From Octopus vulgaris (lineage: Eukaryota): a DNA stretch of 64,000 bases. Under the pieces are notes generated by a model. That model ran no database searches, was not told the DNA's origin, and was given only the letters and a program-made list of their open reading frames with translations. Both the position numbers and the translations under genes were made by a program. Of the stretch, positions 25,124 through 38,151 are shown piece by piece (position 1 is the stretch's first letter; every line of letters starts with the position of its first letter). Location: the NCBI GenBank assembly GCA_951406725.2, contig OX597814.1, forward strand, positions 47,058,001 through 47,122,000. Direction: 5' to 3'.

Positions 25124-25207
25124 TATAACCAAAAAATAAGCAACAAGAATGGATCGGTAGTTTAGTACAACTACCGATCCATTCTTGTTGTTTATTTTTT
25201 GGTTATA
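25124..25207. repeat. Near-perfect palindrome with ~40-bp arms
   Basis: TATAACCAAAAAATAAGCAACAAGAATGGATCGGTAGTT / AACTACCGATCCATTCTTGTTGTTTATTTTTTGGTTATA. Confidence 0.9.
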
Positions 25208-25903
25208 ATCACCGCACATAATTTTATGGGTAATGCCATAAAAAATTCTGGTGCATCTAAGTTAAATACCATATTCATTTGAATCTAAATTGTTTTACTG
25301 AAATTATACACACACACACACACACATATATATCCAATAATAACAAAAGCAACAAAAATTATGTCACACCTTGCGCTTACCGAACAACAGAGAAGCACCT
25401 ACAGGCTTGTTTACGAAGTTCGACACGCATAAATAAATTCTAAACACTACCATAGCCTCAATTTTGATCTTATATTTTCAAAAAAAACCGTTTCATAACA
25501 AGCCAACCATGAAAACCTAATTACCTCCCCACTCAAACACACCCGCTTAAAGATGAATTTAATTCAACAGAAGCTATACAAAGGCAAGACTCCACATGCA
25601 TCGCAGTCCGAAGATATGTTTCTTTATTAGCCACATAGCGCTGAACACAAAGGGGACAAATTACAAAGTAAAGCTTTTCTTTTTGGGGAGAAAAAAATAA
25701 ATAAATAAAAAAGGGGTAGGTTTTCGATCAAATGGGATCGTAAAAAAGATAGAGAAAAGAAGCTTAGATAGCTGAAACTTCGAAGTTGTCAGCAACATTC
25801 TTGTATAATAATAATAATAATAATAAATTTGTTCTCTACAACAAATGTATAGAGTCACCCATCAAATTAATATAAAATTGTCTTTGTTCCAACTGAACAT
25901 AAA

Positions 25904-25966
<63 letters not shown>

Positions 25967-25990
25967 CACACACATATATATATATGTATA

Positions 25991-26193
25991 TAAGAAAGGG
26001 AGATGACAAAGGAATAAATGGTTATCTAATGAACTTCATTAGCTTACCTCTGTTTCTGCTATAAGATGCAGTGAACTCATAGTTGAGCTCCTGAATATCA
26101 ACTATGAGTCCACTGCATCTTAAAGCAGAAAAAGCTGTAAGCTACTGGAGTTCATAAGATAATCATTTATTCCTTTGTCATCTCTCTTTCTTA
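25991..26193. repeat. Palindrome with ~95-bp arms containing hammerhead 3'-half-like GAAA(A)AGCTGTAAG
   Basis: Arms are reverse complementary with scattered mismatches; abuts (TA)n. Confidence 0.88.
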
Positions 26194-26298
26194 TTACCGC
26201 TCTGTACTCAGCCAACACTGAAACATACGTGCATTGAGTTCTACATCGGGTTCTTGGTCTTCCAGTGCCGAAGAGAAATATAAATACATATACATTAA

Positions 26299-26520
26299 AG
26301 GCGGCGAGCTGGCAGAAACGTTAGCACGCCGGGCGAAATGCGTAGCTGTATTTCATCTGCCGTTACGTTCTGAGTTCAAATTCCGCCGAGGTCGACTTTG
26401 CCTTTCATCCTTTCGGGGTCGATAAATTAAGTACCAGTTACGCACTGGGGTCGACGTAATCCATTTGTCTGTCCTTGTTTGTCCCCTCTGGGTTTAGCCC
26501 CTTGTGGGTAGTAAAGAAAT
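26299..26520 (+). mobile_element. SINE family A
   Basis: GGCGGCGAGCTGGCAGAAACGTTAGCACGCCGGGCG...GAGTTCAAATTCC; TSD-like ATACATATACA. Confidence 0.93.
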
Positions 26521-26613
26521 ATATATACATATACAAGAGTAAGCACATTAATGTGAAACAAGGTTGGGAAAATAGTACTCAAATATCGGAGGTAGAGTAA
26601 TATGTTTTATTAA

Positions 26614-26760
26614 TAAAGCTGCAAAACAATCATAAAAAACTGTTACTCAGAGTTTCCTGTTCCTGTTCGTCGGAAGGTTTTGGTTGAGATTCTCAACCAA
26701 AATTGTCCGACGAACGAGAAGGGTAAACTCTGAGTAACAGTTTTTGTGATGTTTTTGCAG

Positions 26761-26765
<5 letters not shown>
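26614..26765. repeat. Palindrome with ~75-bp arms and a hammerhead-like core in each arm
   Basis: Plus strand aattgt-CCGACGA-...-tAAA-CTCTGAG-TA-acagtt; minus strand CCGACGA-...-GAAA-CTCTGAG-TA-aca; centre at 26690. Confidence 0.85.
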
Positions 26766-26802
<37 letters not shown>

Positions 26803-26869
26803 GCGCATTATATTATATATTTTACATGCGTACTGTATATGAATATATATGTATATAAAGTAGTTATAT

Positions 26870-27080
26870 TTTTCTACTCTAGGCACAAGGCCCGAAATTT
26901 TGGGAGAAGGGGCAGTCGATTACATCGACCCCAGTGCGTAACTAGTACTTAATTTATCGACCCCGAAAGGATGAAAGGCAAAGTCGACCTCGGCGGAATT
27001 TGAACTCAGAACGTAACGGCAGACGAAATACGGCTACGCATTTCGCCCGGCGTGCTAACGTTTCTGCCAGCTCGACGCCT
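26870..27080 (-). mobile_element. SINE family A (alternative tail)
   Basis: Reverse complement of the family A head and core. Confidence 0.93.
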
Positions 27081-27455
27081 TTAAATACTTATAATATAAG
27101 TAGTTATATTGTTGCATTTATATGTTGATCGTTTATAATACTTATATATGTGTGTGCTTGTGTACAATATATATATATGAATATGTATGTATGTCAATAA
27201 TCAATGCATTTTAATATTTGCTTAGTACCGTAGAGAAAAAGTAAGGGTGGGGATAATGTCGATATCCTGAGATTCAGTTCCAGCCCATGTGTTTTTGGCA
27301 GACATCAGTTTATTGATGTTCAATCTAAACGTCAACTGTATCAATCTATGCAATCTTGGAGGATCTGAGAAGATGGCTCCCCTGACAAAACCACTAATAA
27401 GTCATCACATTGTCCCACTTTTGCTCACTCCTAATTATTTTTGTTCTCTTTTCAG

Positions 27456-27587
27456 GTGCCTTCTTGATTCCATATTTTATCTGTGTAATTATTGGTGGCG
27501 TACCGTTGTTTTTCTTGGAAGTGGCAGTTGGTCAGTTTACTGGAACAACTGGGCTCAAGGCTTGGCGTCTATGTCCAATTCTACAAG
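27456..27587 (+). CDS. SLC6: SLC6 Na+/Cl- dependent transporter (GABA/taurine/betaine/creatine branch), internal exon 1 of 6 seen (TM2), 132 nt
   Basis: ttcag|GTGCC...CAAG|gtatgt; (G)AFLIPYFICVIIGGVPLFFLEVAVGQFTGTTGLKAWRLCPILQG. Confidence 0.96.
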
Positions 27588-28889
27588 GTATGTATTTCAC
27601 GTTGTTTCTGTTTTAAGCTGGAGCAAATAGCTCAACAAATCAATAAAGTATCGGACGGTCAACTAAACAATATTTCGTATTGGCTGGTTCGTGACAAAAA
27701 CATTTAACTCTCAACAAGATAGGTTAGTCCAACGGTCCTCAAAAAAAAAAAAAAGAAAGAAAGAAAGAAAAAGCATTCTTAAAAGACATCTATTCACAGT
27801 TTTAAAAAGGGATTATTTTGAGAAATATATCAAACTATATTCACTTTAAGAAATCATAAATGCACTATAGGAGTAATCAATAATGACGAACACGAGTTCC
27901 ATCTATTTACTGTTAACTTTCTCAACTAAAGAAGACAACTGGTAATTTTTAAGAGGTTCATGGAATATTGCAGTTCTTTAAATACTTCCATTATTGAATT
28001 TTTTTTTTCAACAAATGTACGCGTTAGTGGCGATGAATAGCTTTGGAATCACATGAAACAACATGAAGTTGAGTAATACATAACATTTTCTCCAAATCAG
28101 GTTCATGCAGTGTCAATTTTTTAAATCGTCTCAACTCATATTTTCAAGTATTTCAAAATTTGTGATTTTGGTCTTTCGGGACTGTGTCGTTCGCAGTATA
28201 GTTATATAAGTGGACTTAAGATGGTTCGATCTAGCAAATCCCTTTTCTTTGCAATAATTAATCTCTGTTGCAAGTAAAAAAGAAAAGTCAATAATATTAT
28301 ATGTACAGTAACATTTTAAATTCTAATTATGCCACAATTAAATTCGAACTTCTTTCAACTGAGGTTGATAAATTATGTATCATCTACTCTGTTAAATAAT
28401 TAATAATGCAGTCACCAGAGTAGCTGTCGTTCTTTCATACTGTAGCCGGATGATAAAATCGGTCGAGCGTCGGGGGAAATCTTGTGCTATTACATTCATT
28501 TGCGTTTTGAGTTCAAATCCCACCCAAGTTTACTTTGCCAGTCATTCTTCCATCATTGATAAAATAAATATTAATCAATAAAATAAGAAAAGGATACGGC
28601 TAAGCAATTAAACTGAAGAAGGCCATTCCTACGCATGGTTAAACAGAGACAGAATGATGACGTTCTACATAATTCTTTCCCACGCAATAGTATTACTGTA
28701 ATAGTATTATTGTAATAATATCTATAAGTGTTACTATAATAGTGACAAATGACGAAGCTGATTGACTTCTTCAATTAAAGCCATTACATTTCACTTTCAA
28801 CTCTAATTTTTTGGGGGAAAGCTATGAATGTCATGACATCCTATTTTGCTATTATTGTTCTAACTTTTGATTTTGTTCAATTTTTACAG

Positions 28890-29151
28890 GTATCGGTCTG
28901 ACATCATTTGTGATTGTGGTCTTCCTGAATATTTACTACAATGTTATATTATGTTGGTCTTTCCGATATATGTTTGCTTCGTTTACGACGGGTACACTAC
29001 CTTGGGCGAAATGTGGCCAGGAGTGGAATACTTGCGCCTGTCGTTCAGTATCTGACGGCTACGCAGCACCAAACGATACACTTTGCAACATCACTTTGGA
29101 TGGAAACTCCACCAGTGTAAAGACTTTTGATTCCGTCACAGAATACTGGGA
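28890..29151 (+). CDS. SLC6: SLC6 exon 2 (TM3 and EL2), 262 nt
   Basis: tacag|GTATC...TGGGA|gtaagt; IGLTSFVIVVFLNIYYNVILCW...LPWAKCGQEWNTCAC...SVTEYWE; in frame with its neighbours. Confidence 0.96.
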
Positions 29152-30145
29152 GTAAGTACCTTGTTTAATGTTGTTTGTTGGTGGCAGAAGAAACAGAATT
29201 TATTGTAACGTCGATAGGATTAAAATATTCTCTTTTCACAAGTAATTTGAGCTGCTGTTTAACAAAGTTTCCATTTAGTGTACCCTATTTCAAACATTCG
29301 TACCAAAATGAATGATGATATCAAATAAAGCTGTTCTCAGCTATCAAATAGATAATTTCTTTCATCTGTTACTGGCAATAGATTAGCAAACATTTTGCCT
29401 TTGTATGTTAATACAATACTGTGGCACTATATTGGAATGTAAATTTATCAAAAGTGAACTACGTTTTGAGAGTACTGTACTCAACTTCATTTTCTTTCTG
29501 AACAACTGTATAGTTGTTCATTTTTTGCTCACGAGGATTGCCATGCAGGATGTGAAACTCATTTATCTTGTGATATTTTGTGTTACCACGATCGGCCACC
29601 AGTGGTGGTGCGCTACCGCTACAGTTTTGTTGCCCTTCACTCATTATAAATAGATTATAGGTGGAGAAACATTAACATGTCTTTTCTCTTTCTAGAAGAA
29701 TTTTTCATTATGATAATATAATAAACATACGTTTCTTAAGGGTAACACAATCATTAAATAACATAAGGCTGAGCAAGGTGGTACAAAGAGATATGACCTC
29801 CCCATGTAATTGCCGACGTTATGTAAGCAATTTTTCATAATTTTGTACTACCAGACTGTGATAATTTGGCTTGTTTTCAATATTTTATTATTAGTAACAA
29901 TTACTGTGCTTAACGGACTTATCGTCATCATGCTCCTTTGCCTATCTCATCCGTAATATGGCTGCATTAGACGTAGGGCAATTTTTAAAAATATATTTTT
30001 TAAAATGCGTATTATACAGCGGTACATACATACATACATAGATGCATTTTTAATCGGCAGAAAGTCACAAAAGTGGTACGAGAGCCGTGAGTTTCATGCA
30101 CGAAATTCTCGGCCGTATAAAGACACACACACTCACACACATAAT

Positions 30146-30220
<75 letters not shown>

Positions 30221-30246
30221 AAAGCTCTCGTTTCTTTTTATTTCAG

Positions 30247-30379
30247 GCGTGAAGTACTTCAAATATCTTCAGGATTGGAAGATATGGGTGTATTGAAGTG
30301 GGATTTGGTCCTCTGCTTACTGTTTGCCTGGATCGTCGTCTATATCTGCATTTGCAAGGGGATTAAATCTTCGGGAAAG
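30247..30379 (+). CDS. SLC6: SLC6 exon 3 (TM4), 133 nt
   Basis: ttcag|GCGT...GAAAG|gtaaaa; REVLQISSGLEDMGVLKWDLVLCLLFAWIVVYICICKGIKSSGK. Confidence 0.96.
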
Positions 30380-30784
30380 GTAAAAACTTCGTTTATTTTG
30401 TACAATTGTTATATTAATATTTCTGTATATCAGCTTTGAGATGATATACGTCACATATTTATGTAAGAATAGCTTTATGTAACATATTTTGCTACATTAT
30501 ACCAACTTATCTGGATATTGTTATCTGTAATATGTATACAGAGCTTCGGTTTCAGGGAATGCGCTTATCATTAACTACAAACACCTCAAGCCTTATTATG
30601 CAGATCGTATCATTAATAAAGGTACCTAACAAGATTTAGTAAAACTTCGAGTTCTTAAATGATCAGCAAGCGTCAATCCGTAAAGCAGTTCGTCGTCTCT
30701 ATAATGTCAGTTAAGCAATTAATGCCAAGTTAGATCAGGAAATACATGTCAAAGATAAAAGATGCCAAAAGATATCAGCGAATA

Positions 30785-31580
30785 TACAAGTTATATTCCA
30801 GGAGCTTTGAGACATTTTAGGAAAGGCAGTTACAACTGTCCTAAATTATTGTAATTTAGTATATCATTACCATACAGCGAATAAGTTGACCTACCAACTT
30901 TTGTTATTCCAGATTGAAGGAGATGGCTATACTAGCACTTTGAACATATTCTACTAAACACTACTTACCTCAACTAACTAGTTTGCAGAATACTGTCGGG
31001 AGGTGAAAACAATTTAGAAACTTGCTATGCGATAAATTCTTGTGTTAAACAGAGCAAACACGCTACAGAAACTTATGAAGTTAGCTTGCATTGGTCAAGC
31101 TTCTATTTTTCACAAGAGGTCAGGCAAAGTAAGTCCACCGGGAAACTCATGATGAGCTTTTACGATAGTAAGGACATCATCTACATCCACTGGATTCCCT
31201 CTAGCCGGGCATTCAATAAAGAGTAATTTGTGGAGGTTATGATGGAATTCAGGAAGAGATTTCGTTGTAAAAGGCCAGAGCACCTGCACCAGAACAATGC
31301 ACCAGTGCACAGGTCCCTCCTGGTATCAACTGTTTGACAGAGATGAGCCTCAATATTGTTCCTTCTTCTCCCTACAGTCCAGGTCGTGCTCTCTGTGACT
31401 TTCGTTTGTTCCCCAAGGTGAATGAGAAGATGAAGGAGGCTGTGACAAGGCTTCTGGACACTTTCACTTTGGAGGACTTCCACGGGATATTCACATAGTG
31501 GCTGTGTGTTACAAGAAATGCAGTAAAGCCAGAGGGTTCCCCTGAAAAAGTCTCAAAACTTCTGGGTAACACCTCCGATA
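30785..31580 (+). mobile_element. Decayed, deleted mariner transposon
   Basis: Translation includes KSTGKLMM, FYDSKDIIYIHWIP, HQNNAPVH, PYSPGRALCDFRLFPK; degenerate TIRs (CCAGGAGCTTTGAGAC / GTCTCAAAACTTCTGG). Confidence 0.85.
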
Positions 31581-31795
31581 TCTAAAATTCCAAGATATAT
31601 CGACATTTGATTTCCCTCGAGCCACGTCGACATAATGAAACATAGATAATGGTTGCATGGACAAGAACTTAAGCTCCACGTAATTTTTCCTCCAATTTTT
31701 GTCTTTTTTTTTGTCATTTTTAGTCTTTGCAATGCTAATTTATGCTTAGAGTTTGAACTTTTTTTCTTATTTATATGCATGCATGCGTGCATGTA

Positions 31796-32053
31796 TGTAA
31801 TGTGTTTGTGCGTTCGCATTAACATAGTACAGTGACGGGAAGGACATGACATCTATGATGCTGGTAGCATGATAAATGTGCCAAGTACACTATGTAAAAT
31901 GACTGATGATAGAGAAGAGCATCCAGCTGTTGAAAACATGCATCAGTCATTTTACATAGTGTACTTGGCGCATTTATCATGCCACCAGCATGATAGATGT
32001 CATGTCCTTCCCGCCACTGTACTATGTTAATGCGAACGCACAAACACATTACA
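31796..32053. repeat. Inverted repeat with ~113-bp arms and 32-nt spacer (MITE or fold-back)
   Basis: 31796-31908 is the reverse complement of 31941-32053 with few mismatches. Confidence 0.9.
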
Positions 32054-32585
32054 CACAGAGGGCAATAATTCAAACCTTTTAAATGTATATACAAACACTA
32101 TAAATAAATTTTAAAATTGAATTATCAAACAGATGGTACATCTTTGTATTTCCTAAAATGGCAACTTGACAACATTCCTGGACATATTTCATAATAGATT
32201 GCATATAATTACTATTGCAGTCGCTGAAATAGTTATAGAAAACATTATCTGTTATGCTGTACTTACTCTATCCCAGCTGCCTCAATTGCTTCAGTCTCTG
32301 CATAGTGACTGGTTTAAGTGCAATATATAATTTTCATTGTTACCAGCAAATAGCTGATATATCTATAAAACTTGAAACATTTTAAGACAGTTCGGAGGTG
32401 TATTTTGCCAGCATCGGTATCTACATTAAACCTCCACCAAGACGATTCCGCTGAAAATGATTGCCTGCTGTTTTTGAAGATATATTTCATGCAATACTTC
32501 AATGAAACGAATAGTGTTTATTTTCCATTTCATTTCTCAGCAGATACATTACTGAAGAACCGCATTCCATTTTCTCTTCCCACCA

Positions 32586-32624
<39 letters not shown>

Positions 32625-32625
32625 A

Positions 32626-32985
32626 AGGCGGCGATCTGACAGAATCGTTTGTCTTTCATCCTTTTGGTGTCGATAAAATCAGTACCAGTCAAGTAACGGG
32701 GTTGATGTAATCGACCAGTCCTCTTCCCCAAAATTTCAGACCTTGTGCTATAGTAGAAAGTATTATTATTGTTGTTGTTGTTGTTGTTGTTGTTATTAAG
32801 GCAGCGAGCAAGTAGAATCGTTAGAACGCCGGACAAAATGCTTTGCGTTCAAATTCCATCGAGATGTCTTTACCTTTCATCCTTTCGTGGTCGATGGAAT
32901 AAGTATCAGGGGAGCACTGGGATCAACTTATTCGACTAACCTCTCCCTTCAGAATTGCTGGTCTTGAACCGCAATTTGACGCAAT
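32626..32985 (+). mobile_element. Two tandem, internally deleted SINE A copies separated by (TTG)n
   Basis: GGCGGCGATCTGACAGAATCGTT and GGCAGCGAGCAAGTAGAATCGTTAG heads, each with a CTTTCATCCTTT core. Confidence 0.75.
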
Positions 32986-35094
32986 TATTTTTATTATATA
33001 TCAGAATATGGGCTTATATTATTTAATATATCCTATTCTTAGAAAATTAGGGTACGATTTGAAAGAAATTTGAAAGTTTTTTGTTGCAGATCGAGGGTGA
33101 TCTAGAAGCTGCCCTGTTGGTTGGGGTCCTACATTGGTTCAGAAGCAGTCAGTTCTTTCGGAAGGCAGATTAGGACGCCATTAAATGATGTATGATATAT
33201 GAAGCTTCATCAGTTCAGTTATTTAGAAAAAGGGGTTTTTTTTTAAAGTATGTTTTTAACTGCTGCATACAGCATTAATAATTCTAATTCTAACCGTCAT
33301 CTGTGGGTATATACCTACACTGAGCAATGAGAAATTAATGTTGCCTAGACGGCTGAACATGAAAAACTGGAAACTACTCTCCTTTATTGTTGCCAATGCT
33401 GTATTGTTGTTGTTACCACTGCTACAGTGTTAATATCACTTTTACTCTCTAGATGTACTTATTATTATTGCTCTAATAGGTTTGCAGAATCGATGGAGTC
33501 GGGGAAAAAATGCTTCGCAGTATTTGTTCCGGCTCTTTTCGTTGATAAAATAAAGTATCTGTCAAGTACTATGTTCGATGATATTGACTCACCTTTTCTC
33601 TTGAAAACTGCTTCAATCAAATATGATTATTGTTACTGAAGCAAGTGTCGTGCTATTACCATTGTGACTAATTTTACAACGCTTTCCTCATGCGTGCAAT
33701 GTCATATGGTTCACAAAATACAAATCAGTTATGCAAATATTGCAATAGTGACCTACATTCTTGCACGATGTGTTTAGATCTTCTTTGTACTTTTTATGGT
33801 AATACATGACTCAATGATATTTTTCAAATCTTTAATCGTGATCCTCAAGTAGAGGACCGCAATTTTAGATGTAAAAGATATGTGTTCATTGCTACCTTTG
33901 CTCAAAAATCAAGTTTAGGACTATATTAATTTCACTCAGGTACAGTGCAGTTAAAAGTGACGCGCAATCTCTCAGTAAAACTCTTTATTGAGTCCTCAAG
34001 TGGTTTAGATTCGACAGTTGGTACCTGAAAAAGTTATGTAAGTTACAACAAAACATATGAATGAAATAATTCAATATTAGTAAGGTATTTCTACTTCAAT
34101 TTTGATGTTTAAACACTATAATTTCTGCTGGTCTTACTGCAATTGCTACTACTGGCGTCAATGCGTTTGTTGGCTATCCCTGATCATCTCTCCTCATGAA
34201 GATCTTTGGGAGTACAAGTTTGAGGCTTTAGAAATAACCTGTAGATCTAGCTAGCTCGAACACGCCCTACTTATACATTCATTGTGTTAAATTAAATCTA
34301 ACTCCATTGTGCGATCGATGTTCCTCTGGCTGGAGTTATCCTATATTTATCTTGGAATATACTGTCTTAAGAAATAAGACATAAAAAAAGTTGAAACCAG
34401 ACACTGTACTTTATTGCCGAAATAATAACGATGTTTTACATTGGCATAAGGTTACACGTTTTTAGTGGGGGGGATATAGTCGATTGAATCTACGTCAGTA
34501 TATTACATAACCATTTCCGTCATTCTAGTGCCCTCCACCTCTGTAATAGAAATAATAATAATACTAATAATAATATACATCTATTAGTTGTTACTGCTTA
34601 TATATTCTAAATTGGAGGAAACCCAAAACTTCTGAAATTCTTAAAGATTGCACGCGAAGAATTTGCTTCCTATAGTTAGCATTACTACCTAAAATTGTAT
34701 GTGCATGCCCACCCACATAATTACTATTGTGCGCTTATTCAGACACGTACCTACTATTACTACCATAGACATACACATTCACAAGCATACGCACCCACGC
34801 ACACATGTACGCACGTGTTGCTTACCTCGGCGAATTTATAGAACTGACGTTAATCCTAGATAAACAAAGGGCATATCTCAAATAATATGGTATCTTGTAT
34901 GTGACTGGTTTTCCTATCCAGAGACAGCTGAAGCAGTTTTCCATTAAGCTGTAAGCCATTCAGTTGTTTGATCCATCGACCTCCAGTCTGACAACCATAC
35001 CTATTTGTTGTATTTTTAGTGGATCTGATACATGTTCGGTCAACTTTGGCCAAATGAACAGCTTATCCTACCACTATGAAGATGATTATATACA

Positions 35095-35470
35095 AATCAA
35101 TAAAGCAGCCTCTACGCCGCAGTCGCTGAACCCGCTAGGAAAAAAGAACTGAATCTCCTTCAAATCACACCCTGCTGCCTTAAGACAAGATAATCATAGT
35201 TGGAAGGATTTTGATCATAGATCTGCTCGATCAACGCAGAGTTGGATTAAACAACATTGTTTAACCCTGCGTTAGCTCTGATCGAGTAGAATTATGATCA
35301 AAGGTTTTCCAGTCCGGAGCATCTCCTCAGTTTAAGGGTATCTAACAATACATTATTCAATGCGCACTTTCTTTATATTGGTAACTTACTTTTCTTATAT
35401 ATAGGGTGTGATTTGATAGATATTTCAGTTGCTTTTCTAGCGTGTCAATTGGCCAAGTTAAAACGCTCAT
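35095..35470. mobile_element. Two old SINE-like fragments in inverted orientation
   Basis: CAAATCACACCCT...TTTGATCATAGATCTGCTCGATCA versus TGATCGAGTAGAATTATGATCAAA...AGGGTGTGATTTG; related pieces near 33050-33120 and 58200-58400. Confidence 0.5.
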
Positions 35471-36746
35471 CATTCTTGATCCAACAATTCATTAGATGGT
35501 CATCGATATTTTATCATTACATTAAAAAGCGACACTATTATTATAAGTTATATACGACCAGCTATTACTATATGTTATATAAGATATTCTGTCATTATAT
35601 GTTGCATAAAGTTGTAAAATGGTAGAAATGTTGAAGTGATGCACCAAATATTTTATAGTGTTTAGTTACACCCCTTTACTTTCTAAATCCAAATTCCCGC
35701 AGATCAACTTTCGCTTTCATTCCTCTGGGCTCGGTAAAATAAATACAAGTCAAACACTAGAACCATTTAAACCCTCTGTATATTCTCTCGGGTTTAATTA
35801 TCTGTACTCTCCCCATGGTTTATAATGTTGAACCAGTGTTAGAAATTATCATTCGTATCAATTCCACTCAGATAATGCGCAACTTATTACACTGATATAA
35901 AATAAAACTTACATTAATGCAATACTTTATATAATAGTTTTATGCCTAATACATATTGATGTGTAATGCTAGATATAAATGCATCACCTGCTTCAACTAA
36001 ACCAGTATATTAACCTTGTTTATACCTATATCCCTCGTTTACTAGTTTACCATCCCGATTTCAATCCGCATATAAGAAAAAGTAGTTTTGTATATACACC
36101 ACAGTTTATTGACAGTATACGACCACTATATCGCTTCACCACCGCTTATGTCTCTCTGATTATATAAACCATTTACATTAAATTTAGCATTAGCATCCTT
36201 AAAAGTCAACATTAAAGAAAACAAATCATGCAAAAGTAGGGCGAATAACGATGAAGAAATGGAATTTTGAAATTCTCCATTGAATTTTTTAAATTTTAAA
36301 GTGGGTGAATTTCTAGCCGGTTAAGAATTTCTTATCTAAAAAAGTTATACTTATTATCAGTTAGTTACAAAGTAACCGATACTGAAATGTTTGAATGTGT
36401 TAAAATAGCCGTCAAGGATTAGAAGAAAATGTATGATAACAAGAAAAAAAAAAAATTACAAAACTTAATGCCTTCTCAATGTTATTGATTACTATAGATT
36501 CCTATATGTTGCAGAAGCAAATATTCCATAAATAGAATAGAATACACAGTTTCGATTAAAGATTTTTCGGGTAAGGTACAGTCGAATTAAATTAACAGAT
36601 AATTATTTTATCGCAGTTGGATATTTATAGCCCAAGTGATGATCACCTGTTGCATCTCCGAAAATAATTTCTTCGTGAAGTTAATTTTTGTTACGTTTTA
36701 ATTCCAAATGACCTTGAATATTATCTATCATGAGGTGGCCATATTC

Positions 36747-37248
36747 TTTTCTACTCAGAGCACAGGGCCCGAAATTTGGGGGGAGGGGGCCAGTCGATGA
36801 CATCGATCCCAGTACGCAACTGGTACTTAATATATTGACCCCGAAAGGATGAAAGGCAAAGTCGACCACGGTGGAATTTGAACTCAGAACGTAAAGACAG
36901 GCGAAATACTTATTTCTTTATTACCCACAAGGGGCTAAACATAGAGGGGACAAACAAGGTCAGACATAGGTATTAAGTCGATTACATCGACCCCAGTGCG
37001 TAACTGGTACTTAATTTATCGACCCCGAAAGGATGAAAGGCAAAGTCGACCTCGGCGGAATTTGAATTCAGAACGTAATGGCAGACGAAATACGGCTACG
37101 CATTTCGCCCGGCGTGCTAACGTTTCTTATTTCTTTATTGCCCACAAGGGGCTAAACATAGAGGGGACAAACAAGTACAGACAAATGGCTTAAGTCGATT
37201 ACATCGACCCCAGTGCGTAAATGGTACTTAATTTATCGACCCCGAAAG
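36747..37248 (-). mobile_element. Tandem cluster of three 5'-truncated SINE A units
   Basis: GTCGATTACATCGACCCCAGT...GACCCCGAAAG recurs three times, with two different tails. Confidence 0.88.
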
Positions 37249-37691
37249 TAAATGAAGTAATATGTTTGAATTCTATTTCTACTTGATCGTCATTATCAAT
37301 GTTCTACCTGATTTAGTCATTGTTGAGTTCACTTGGCTTTCATCTACTATCGTTGGGAAACTCGCACTTCTTTAATATGCACGTTATACTAGAATATCCT
37401 TGTTCGTGAATGAGCAAATTTATTCAGCCAACTGTGGTCTGACTGTCGTTGTGATAATCACATGTTAATATAGTGACAGAGTAACCTAATTACTTAAACC
37501 TTTTCAACGTTTCTATTCTTAGCCATTTGAATTTTATAGATATATATGAATGCGCTTTGTAAGGGTTTACTAACGATTGGAATGGAAATATTCCATGCCC
37601 CGCTCCATTTCTCTCTCTGTCTCCTCTTTCTTTCTCTTTCTTTCTTTCTCTCTTCCTTTCTTTCTTTCTTTCTCTCTCTCTCTCTCTCTCT

Positions 37692-37727
<36 letters not shown>

Positions 37728-38151
37728 GACGTACGTACATATGTATGTATGTATGCATGTATGTATGTATGTATGTATGTATGTATGTATGTATGTATGT
37801 ATTGGTATTTATGCATACACATGAGTACATACATGTTTGTCTTAATATATAAGTACGTATGTGAGGATGCATAATTTAACAGTTCGTTCTGATTAAATTA
37901 ACATACAAAACAAATTGGTGGAAAGAACGTTTTGCATGGAAAGAATAGTTTTAAAATATTTTCTTCATTGTTGCGAATATTCAGATATTCACATTTTTAA
38001 CTTTTATAGTTTTCGAGAACATATTTTAATGAGACACTTAAAAACAGTACTGCATTTACTTTAATCTACCTACTCAACTAGAATCTAAGCATCAGTTCAT
38101 AACACAGACGGGACTTGTAGTACTTTTGTCAGCCATTATGGGAGGAACAAA

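Noticed and set aside
31903-31936. CTGATGA...GAAA in the loop of the 31.8-kb hairpin as a hammerhead
   Set aside because: No convincing stem II, stem III or NUH plus stem I pairing.
36747-37248. CRISPR-like repeat-spacer pattern
   Set aside because: Eukaryotic context; the units are SINE fragments with homologous rather than unique spacers.
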